Positions 25,518-32,000 of a DNA stretch of 32,000 nt are shown here, one piece after another; the first letter of the stretch is position 1, and each line of letters begins with the position of its first letter. Source of the stretch: Chloroflexota bacterium (GTDB lineage: Bacteria > Chloroflexota > Anaerolineae > Anaerolineales > Anaerolineaceae). Location of the stretch: contig JAKAFP010000007.1 of assembly GCA_021825925.1 (NCBI GenBank), forward strand, positions 176,515 through 208,514. The letters run 5' to 3'. The notes beneath the pieces are model-generated. The model saw only the letters and a list, made by a program, of their open reading frames with translations. It was not told the DNA's origin and did no database searches. The position numbers were made by a program, and so were the translations under genes.

Positions 25518-26201
25518 TTAAACCTTCAATCTATAACCAACACCAGACTCAGTATGGATGTATGTTGGTCTTGAAGGATCTGGTTCAAGTTTATGTCTCA
25601 GGTTGCTTACGTTGACCCGCAAAATGTGCAAGTCCTCATAACCTTCCCCCCAGACTAACTTTAAAAGCTGTCTATTGGTGAGTACTTTTCCGGCATTGAC
25701 CACCAGTGAACGTAAAATCTCATATTCTGTCGGGGTAAGTTGAACCTCAGTTCCATTCAAGGTGACAAGCCTATTGGCCAGATCCACCATCAACCCGCCA
25801 AAAGTAAAAATCGGTTCAGAATTGCTGCCACTCTGACGTCGCAATACCGTTCTTATTCTGGCCAATAATTCACCCACCCCAAAGGGTTTGGTTAAATAAT
25901 CATCTGCACCGGCATCCAAGGCCGCTATTTTGTCATCCTCCTGTTCGCGCACCGAGAGGATTATGATGGGTATTTGCGACCATTCACGCGTTCGCCGGGT
26001 GACCTCGATTCCATCCATGTCCGGCAATCCCAAATCAAGAATCACCAGATCCGGACGATTGATGGTGATCGCTTGCAATGCCGCCTGGCCTGTATTGGCT
26101 TCACTGACAATGAATCCTTGACCATTCAACGCAACTCTTAAAAAGCGTTGGATCGCAATTTCATCATCAACCACCAATACTTTCAATCCAAATAGGGTCA
26201 T
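25518..26201 (-). CDS. kdpE: KdpE, OmpR-family response regulator
   Basis: REC plus winged-helix domains. The ATGA overlap with the kdpD stop and the position after kdpD identify it. Confidence 0.9.
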   Translation of the reverse strand: MTLFGLKVLVVDDEIAIQRFLRVALNGQGFIVSEANTGQAALQAITINRPDLVILDLGLPDMDGIEVTRRTREWSQIPIIILSVREQEDDKIAALDAGADDYLTKPFGVGELLARIRTVLRRQSGSNSEPIFTFGGLMVDLANRLVTLNGTEVQLTPTEYEILRSLVVNAGKVLTNRQLLKLVWGEGYEDLHILRVNVSNLRHKLEPDPSRPTYIHTESGVGYRLKV

Positions 26202-28849
26202 GGCTTATTCACCTTTGGTAATGTGATCGAAATGACCGTACCACCACCATCGCGATTCCTTGCCTGTATGCGTCCGCCAATGGTTTCGATGATCCCCTTG
26301 CATATTGCCAAACCTAATCCAGTTCCATTCACACTCTCAGGTCTTGAAACCCTGTAAAACTTGTCAAAAATCTTTTCCAGATCTTCTTCTGGGATGCCAA
26401 TTCCACGATCGCTGACACTAATGCATATCTCTTTTTCTGTTTGAGAGACCTCAATATCAATTTGTGTATCTCGCGGCGAGTATTTTATTGCGTTATCAAT
26501 TACATTCACCAGCACCTGCCCAAACAATGTAAAATCGAGCGATACCAGGGGCAATCCTTCTGGAATATTAACTGCGATCGGTTTTTTGCCAATGCGATCT
26601 TCAAGCTGGTCAAGAGCGGCACCGATTGCATCCTGAATATCACAGGGTTCAAGCCTCAGATGAATGGCATTGGCTTCCAGGCGAGTCATGTTCAACAGAT
26701 TACCCACCAAACGATTGAGCCGTTCTGCTTCTCCGTAGGCTGTTTCAAGCAGGCTGTTACGATCTTCCTGGTTAATGTTTAACGACTCTTCACGCAGGCT
26801 GCTTAATGCCCCTGTAATACTCACAAGGGGAGTGCGCAAATCATGAGAAATGGAATTCAACAATGCGGTTTGCAGTTTTTCTGTTGCCTGAAGCAATTCA
26901 GCCTGCCGGGCTTGTTCTGCCAGGCTGGCACGTTCCACCGCTAATGCTGCCTGGTTCGCAAAAGCAAACAAGGTCTGCCTCTGATCTGGTGACAGAAATT
27001 TCCCGGTTTCTTTCGGATGGATGCCAAGTACGCCGATCTCGCCACGCGCTGTCTTCAACGGTTGGCAGCGGATCGAAGCGGCAGGCAGGGTGTCTGTTCC
27101 AAGACCTGCAGGCTGGTCATGCTCAAAAGACCAGCTGGCTACTGCCATTTCGTTGGCATCCGGCAGATAATCAACCGTCGCGGCAAACATGCATAATTTT
27201 CCGTTTTCAGGCAGAAAGATGACCGCATCACTACCAAAGGTATTACTGATATGAGAAATAACAATTTCAGCCACTTGATGCAGGTCTGTGGCAGAAGTGA
27301 GCTCCTTGCCTAGTGTATACAATGCTGAGGTGTGCGCTTCTCTTTGATAGGCGGCTTCTGCTTGTTCTTGCGTTCTGGCGGTAAGAGTGCTTACCACCAG
27401 ACTGACCAGAAATAACCCGATAAAGGTAATAAAGTACTGGGTATCTGATACGGCAAAAGTCAAATAAGGAGGAACCAGGAAAAAATCAAATGCCAAAACA
27501 CCCAAAAACGAAGTCAGAAGTGCCGGCCCACGCCCCAAATAGACGGCTGCGGCGACTGTACTGACCAAATAAAGCATCACCAGGTTTACCGGTTCAAGCG
27601 TTGTATGGATGATATTGCCAATGACGGTCACGAGTGCGACCATCACTACTGCTAAAAGATATCTCCAAAAAGGCTGGTGCGGACGCAGATCAACGGGCAT
27701 TTTATTCTGTTTTAGCTCAGATTGCTCGTTGATCACATAAATATCAATATCACCGCTGGTGTAGATCAATTGATCCACGATCGAGCCTGAAAGCAGGTCC
27801 ACCCAGCGCGGACGGATGGGCTTGCCCACCACAATTTTTGTGACATTATGTTTTTTTGCATATGCCAGAACTGCTTCCGGGATGGACTTACCCGTAAGGG
27901 TACGGGTGCGTGCACCCAATTCCTCCGCAAGCTGCATCGTTTTGGCCACACGTTCAACATTGGCACCGTTCAATTCAGGCTTGGTGGTCAGGTTAACGTG
28001 CACTGCAAACCATTCCGCTTTAAGTTCATCAGACAACCTGCGAGTGGTGCGAACCAATTTTTCGGATAAAGGACTTGGGCTGACACATACCAGTAATCGT
28101 TCTGCCACTGCCCACGGCCCCTGGATAGCCCTGGTGCGCATGTAATTCCGCATTTGATTATCAACACGCTCGGCCGCGCGCCTTAAAGACATTTCTCGCA
28201 GCGCCGAAAGGTTGCCCTTGCGAAAGAACTTTTCGATCGCCCGCTTTGCCTGGTCCGGGATGTAGACCTTTCCCTCTTTCAATCTGTTCAGCAATTCATC
28301 TGGCGGAAGGTCAATCACTTCAATTTCAGAGGCATCATCCAGCACCCGGTCTGGAACTGTTTCACGAACCACGACCCCTGTTACCTGTGCCACAACATCG
28401 TTCATGCTTTCAAGGTGTTGAACATTGAGGGTTGTGTACACGTCTATTCCTGCATCCAGAATATCCTCAACGTCGAGATATCGTTTTGGATGCCTCGAGC
28501 CTGGTGCATTGGTGTGGGCAAATTCATCAATCAGCACCAGTTGCGGATGCCGTTTAAGCACTGCATCAGCGTTCAATTCGGGCAGCTTGATATCACGGTA
28601 TTCCACTTGCCTGCGTGGAAGGATCTCAAGTCCGCCAACCAGGGCTTCAGTATCCACACGGTCATGAGTTTCAATATAGCCTATGACCACATCCACACCT
28701 TGCTGCTGTCGTTGGTGGGCGGCTTCAAGCATGGCGTAGGTTTTTCCCACCCCTGCGGCATACCCGAGAAAGATCTTTAATTTCCCACGGGTGGGTTCTT
28801 CCGCCTGGATATTCTTCAATAGCTCGTCAGGATCAGGACGTGTGTTCAT
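26198..28849 (-). CDS. kdpD: KdpD, osmosensitive K+ channel sensor histidine kinase (883 aa)
   Basis: N-terminal KdpD domain with P-loop GYAAGVGKTYAM, Usp-like region, 4 TM helices, GAF-like region, H-box LNSISHDLRTPL, and HATPase G-boxes. Confidence 0.95.
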   Translation of the reverse strand: MNTRPDPDELLKNIQAEEPTRGKLKIFLGYAAGVGKTYAMLEAAHQRQQQGVDVVIGYIETHDRVDTEALVGGLEILPRRQVEYRDIKLPELNADAVLKRHPQLVLIDEFAHTNAPGSRHPKRYLDVEDILDAGIDVYTTLNVQHLESMNDVVAQVTGVVVRETVPDRVLDDASEIEVIDLPPDELLNRLKEGKVYIPDQAKRAIEKFFRKGNLSALREMSLRRAAERVDNQMRNYMRTRAIQGPWAVAERLLVCVSPSPLSEKLVRTTRRLSDELKAEWFAVHVNLTTKPELNGANVERVAKTMQLAEELGARTRTLTGKSIPEAVLAYAKKHNVTKIVVGKPIRPRWVDLLSGSIVDQLIYTSGDIDIYVINEQSELKQNKMPVDLRPHQPFWRYLLAVVMVALVTVIGNIIHTTLEPVNLVMLYLVSTVAAAVYLGRGPALLTSFLGVLAFDFFLVPPYLTFAVSDTQYFITFIGLFLVSLVVSTLTARTQEQAEAAYQREAHTSALYTLGKELTSATDLHQVAEIVISHISNTFGSDAVIFLPENGKLCMFAATVDYLPDANEMAVASWSFEHDQPAGLGTDTLPAASIRCQPLKTARGEIGVLGIHPKETGKFLSPDQRQTLFAFANQAALAVERASLAEQARQAELLQATEKLQTALLNSISHDLRTPLVSITGALSSLREESLNINQEDRNSLLETAYGEAERLNRLVGNLLNMTRLEANAIHLRLEPCDIQDAIGAALDQLEDRIGKKPIAVNIPEGLPLVSLDFTLFGQVLVNVIDNAIKYSPRDTQIDIEVSQTEKEICISVSDRGIGIPEEDLEKIFDKFYRVSRPESVNGTGLGLAICKGIIETIGGRIQARNRDGGGTVISITLPKVNKP

Positions 28850-28854
28850 TACCT

Positions 28855-29445
28855 TTATTTTATACCTTCCAGAGCAAGATTTAGTTTTAAGACATTCACT
28901 CTTGGCTCACCAAGGATTCCAAACTGCCGTTTCACTGTATATTGATTCACCAACGTCATTACTGCCGATTCCGTCAATCCACGGACCCGGGCTATTCGCG
29001 GAACCTGGTAAAAAGCAGCTGTAAGGCTGATATCAGGATCCAATCCTGAAGCAGACGCAGTCACCAGGTCCACAGGGATCAGATTGGTATTGGTTTTACT
29101 CGAGCCTCTCAATAGACTCACCCGTTCTTGTACATTATTCACCAAGACCTGCGATAACGGGCCAAGATTGGAACCCGACGAGCCGGTCAAAAACTCCTGA
29201 TTATAGGCATTATAAGGATTCGTTGAAGTCGCAGAAGGTCTACCCCAAAAGAATCCAGGCGCTGAAAAATCCTGCCCGATCAATTCCGATCCCAATACCT
29301 GACCTTTGACTTTGAGCAAACTTCCATTTGCCTGATAAGGGAAAACGAGCTGAGCTATCCCTGTCACCAGCAATGGGTAAAAGACACCGGTTACTAACAT
29401 CAATAAAACAAACAAAGTGAGCATCGGACGAAGTTGAGTTTTCAT
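28855..29445 (-). CDS. kdpC: KdpC, K+-transporting ATPase subunit C (196 aa)
   Basis: Single N-terminal TM. Motifs GSLL...G..GS.LIGQ.F....FW.RPSA and SASGLDPDIS are characteristic of KdpC. Confidence 0.93.
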   Translation of the reverse strand: MKTQLRPMLTLFVLLMLVTGVFYPLLVTGIAQLVFPYQANGSLLKVKGQVLGSELIGQDFSAPGFFWGRPSATSTNPYNAYNQEFLTGSSGSNLGPLSQVLVNNVQERVSLLRGSSKTNTNLIPVDLVTASASGLDPDISLTAAFYQVPRIARVRGLTESAVMTLVNQYTVKRQFGILGEPRVNVLKLNLALEGIK

Positions 29446-29612
29446 GAACTAAACACTCCAGATGAAAAAGCAACGAACCAGACAATGGCGCCAAGAAAGA
29501 GCCAAGGCCGCAGCCCCATGGGAATACTAAATGTACTCGGCGTGATCCCTATGATAAACACAGCCAGAGTGGAAACAACACCTGCAATTTTGCCGATCCG
29601 TTTTTTTGTCAT
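29442..29612 (-). CDS. Unannotated 56-aa two-TM mini-protein encoded between kdpB and kdpC
   Basis: Below the ORF-track size cut-off. Minus strand: kdpB TAG overlaps the RBS (TAGGAG), and 6 nt later ATG (29612) opens MTKKRIGKIAGVVSTLAVFIIGITPSTFSIPMGLRPWLFLGAIVWFVAFSSGVFSS. Its TGA overlaps the kdpC ATG (ATGA). Positive N-terminus plus two hydrophobic helices. Confidence 0.6.
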   Translation of the reverse strand: MTKKRIGKIAGVVSTLAVFIIGITPSTFSIPMGLRPWLFLGAIVWFVAFSSGVFSS

Positions 29613-29621
29613 ACAAATCTC

Positions 29622-31724
29622 CTAAACCAATCGCAAGAAAGTCAACAGCATATCAATCAACTTGATCCCGATAAATGGAGCGATCAACCCACCCACACCA
29701 TAAAAAAGTAGATTGTCACGCAGTAATTGTGCGGCAGGTTTGGGACGATAAGGAACTCCTTTGAGTGCCAATGGGATCAAGGCGATGATAATGAGCGCGT
29801 TGAAGATCACTGCAGAAAGGATGGCGCTCTCAGGTGAGGTCAAGCGCATGAAGTTCAACTTTTGCAAGATCGGATATGTTGATGCAAACGCAGCCGGAAT
29901 GATGGCAAAGTATTTACTGACATCATTGGCGATACTGAAGGTCGTGAGCGAGCCGCGGGTCATCAACAACTGCTTGCCGATCTCCACGATCTCGATCAGT
30001 TTGGTGGGGTTGCTGTCGAGGTCAATCATGTTCGCCGCTTCACGCGCCGGTTGGGTTCCGGTGTTCATCGCCACGGCCACGTCAGCTTGGGCAAGTGCCG
30101 GAGCGTCATTTGTGCCATCTCCGGTCATTGCCACCAGACGTCCACCTGCCTGGTATTCGCGGATCAATTTAAGCTTGGTTTCAGGTGTTGCCTGTGCCAG
30201 AAAATCATCCACACCAGCTTCAGCAGCGATCGCCGCCGCCGTGAGGGGATTGTCACCTGTGATCATTACCGTCTTGATGCCCATCTTGCGCAGTTGAGCA
30301 AAGCGCTCTTTGATGCCGCCTTTGACAATGTCCTTCAGATGAATGACTCCCAGCGCTTCGCCGTTTTTTGCCACCACAAGCGGAGTTCCACCGCTGTTGG
30401 CAATGCTTTCGACCGCAGGCAGCAAATCATTCGGGATCCTTCTTCCATTAGCATCAATTAATGCAGTCATGGTGTCTGGTGCTCCCTTGCGGATCTGTGT
30501 GCCATTAAAATCCACACCTGAGATCCGTGTTTGCGCGGTAAAGGGGATGAAATGCATTCCGCTTGGAGCCTTTTGACTGGCACCCATGGGTTGCCCACGC
30601 AAGCCGAACAGTTCCTTGGCCAGTACCACGATCGAACGGCCTTCAGGCGTTTCATCCACCAGCGAAGCCAACTGTGCCGCTTCGGCCAATTCGCTCATCT
30701 TTACACCATTGACTGGCACAAAAGCGACTGCCTGACGATTGCCAAGGGTGATGGTTCCGGTTTTATCAAGCATCAAAACATCCACATCCCCAGCAGCTTC
30801 GACTGCCCTGCCAGACATGGCGATCACATTACGTTGGATTAAGCGGTCCATCCCGGCGATGCCGATGGCTGAAAGCAGTCCGCCAATTGTGGTCGGGATC
30901 AGACAAATTAAAAGGGCAATCAAGACAGTGATCGTGATGGGGCTTCCCTGCCCAGCCACATGCACACCGAATTGTGAGAAAGGCAGCAGCGTCATGCAAA
31001 CCACCAGGAACACGATGGTAAAACTTGATAGCAAAATGCTGAGCGCAATTTCATTGGGGGTCTTCTGCCGTTTGGCGCCTTCCACCAGCGAGATCATCTG
31101 ATCCAAAAATCCCTGGCCAGGATCGGCACTGACACGGACAATTAACCAGTCAGAGAGCAGGCGTGTGCCGCCGGTCACTGCAGACCGGTCTCCGCCCGCT
31201 TCACGCACCACCGGCGCGGATTCACCCGTAACGGCGCTTTCATCCACCGAAGCGATGCCTGAAACGATCTCGCCATCTGCCGGTAAAACATCACCCGTTT
31301 CAACCAGGAAGAGGTCATTCTTGTTTAGCTTTGTAGAAGAAACCAGCGTTACTTCATTAAGGGCTTCAATCAGGTTACTTGCGGGTCTGTATAGTTTTTT
31401 GGCGGGAGTGTCCTGCCTCGCCTTGCGGAGGGATTCCGCCTGGGCTTTGCCGCGTCCTTCAGCCAGTGCTTCAGAAAAATTCGCAAAAAGCACCGTAAAC
31501 CATAACCAGATGGCAATCGTGCCGATGAAACTTGCCGGAGCTTCACCTTTCCCAACCAATGCCTGGATCCATAGAACCGTGGTTAGCAGACTGCCAATTT
31601 CAGTGACAAACATGACCGGATTGCGCACCTGGTGCCTGGGATTCAACTTCTTAAAGGCATCAAGGATGGCATGACGATAGAGGTCGCTGCGATTGTTTTT
31701 AAGAATAGGTTTGTTACGGTTCAT
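29622..31724 (-). CDS. kdpB: KdpB, K+-transporting P-type ATPase catalytic subunit (700 aa)
   Basis: Phosphorylation motif LDKTGTIT, hinge [21 protein letters not shown], and [15 protein letters not shown] overlap with the kdpA stop. Confidence 0.97.
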   Translation of the reverse strand: MNRNKPILKNNRSDLYRHAILDAFKKLNPRHQVRNPVMFVTEIGSLLTTVLWIQALVGKGEAPASFIGTIAIWLWFTVLFANFSEALAEGRGKAQAESLRKARQDTPAKKLYRPASNLIEALNEVTLVSSTKLNKNDLFLVETGDVLPADGEIVSGIASVDESAVTGESAPVVREAGGDRSAVTGGTRLLSDWLIVRVSADPGQGFLDQMISLVEGAKRQKTPNEIALSILLSSFTIVFLVVCMTLLPFSQFGVHVAGQGSPITITVLIALLICLIPTTIGGLLSAIGIAGMDRLIQRNVIAMSGRAVEAAGDVDVLMLDKTGTITLGNRQAVAFVPVNGVKMSELAEAAQLASLVDETPEGRSIVVLAKELFGLRGQPMGASQKAPSGMHFIPFTAQTRISGVDFNGTQIRKGAPDTMTALIDANGRRIPNDLLPAVESIANSGGTPLVVAKNGEALGVIHLKDIVKGGIKERFAQLRKMGIKTVMITGDNPLTAAAIAAEAGVDDFLAQATPETKLKLIREYQAGGRLVAMTGDGTNDAPALAQADVAVAMNTGTQPAREAANMIDLDSNPTKLIEIVEIGKQLLMTRGSLTTFSIANDVSKYFAIIPAAFASTYPILQKLNFMRLTSPESAILSAVIFNALIIIALIPLALKGVPYRPKPAAQLLRDNLLFYGVGGLIAPFIGIKLIDMLLTFLRLV

Positions 31725-32000
31725 CAGAATAACCTTCCTGTGCCAAGCATTAACTGTTGCACAATGGGACCTAATGCCAGAGCAGGCAAAAAACTAAGTG
31801 CCCCAACGATGATAATGACACCGATCAGCCACCCGATGAACAATGGAGTGTGACTGGGCAACGTACCGCTGCTGGCTGGAATACTCTTCTTTTGTGAAAG
31901 GGATCCTGCCATTGCCAACACCGGAACTATGAGTGCAAACCTTGCGATAAGCATTGAAATTCCAAGTGCGATATTGTAAAAAGTTGTGTTTGCGTTCAAA
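31724..32000 (-). CDS. kdpA: KdpA, K+-transporting ATPase subunit A, C-terminal ~91 codons (5' part lies beyond window end)
   Basis: The hydrophobic C-terminus ...[18 protein letters not shown]... is typical of the KdpA end. It sits immediately upstream of kdpB. Confidence 0.9.
   Translation of the reverse strand, partial: LNANTTFYNIALGISMLIARFALIVPVLAMAGSLSQKKSIPASSGTLPSHTPLFIGWLIGVIIIVGALSFLPALALGPIVQQLMLGTGRLF

Noticed and set aside
29434-29625. 63-aa plus-strand ORF in the kdpB-kdpC spacer (track entry)
   Set aside because: It runs opposite to the kdp operon, has no RBS, and gives a hydrophilic, unremarkable translation. The minus-strand 56-aa ORF in the same space has an RBS, two TM helices and start/stop coupling to kdpB and kdpC, so it explains the spacer better.

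Overview
This is a 32-kb bacterial chromosomal window with about 31 tightly packed CDS. I saw no rRNA, tRNA, CRISPR array, transposase or integrase. Taxon is uncertain: SD-type RBSs, many lipobox lipoproteins and an hgcAB pair are compatible with an anaerobic Chloroflexota- or Firmicutes-like organism, but I cannot decide from sequence alone.

Gene order, left to right:
- MerR regulator plus a CMD-family gene (partial at the edge), driven by a textbook 19-bp-spacer MerR promoter.
- A PadR - DUF1048 - DUF1048 - DrrAB-like ABC exporter operon.
- An OmpR/HK two-component pair followed by an HtrA/DegP protease with two PDZ domains.
- A small lipoprotein and a solo FTR1-type iron permease.
- An LsrB-type (AI-2-binding) periplasmic binding protein directly coupled to an orphan PAS histidine kinase.
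- An S8 peptidase lipoprotein.
- The mercury-methylation pair hgcA-hgcB, set as an insulated two-gene cassette.
- Pirin, then two tandem paralogous MFS transporters that share a conserved upstream element.
- An unknown secreted lipoprotein.
- An operon of (SBP-domain PAS HK) - CheY-like RR - (REC-GAF-GAF-HD-GYP).
- kdpA(partial)-kdpB-[56-aa ORF]-kdpC-kdpD-kdpE.

The window is signalling-dense, with 4 histidine kinases and 4 REC proteins.

Most interesting calls:
1. The LsrB-HK pair has LuxPQ-like logic built on an LsrB scaffold, with no lsr transporter or kinase genes nearby. I am not aware that this arrangement has been described.
2. hgcAB carries the canonical NVWCAAGK and CMECGAC signatures.
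3. An unannotated, translationally coupled two-TM mini-protein gene sits between kdpB and kdpC.

All homology statements rest on motif recognition by eye and need database confirmation.
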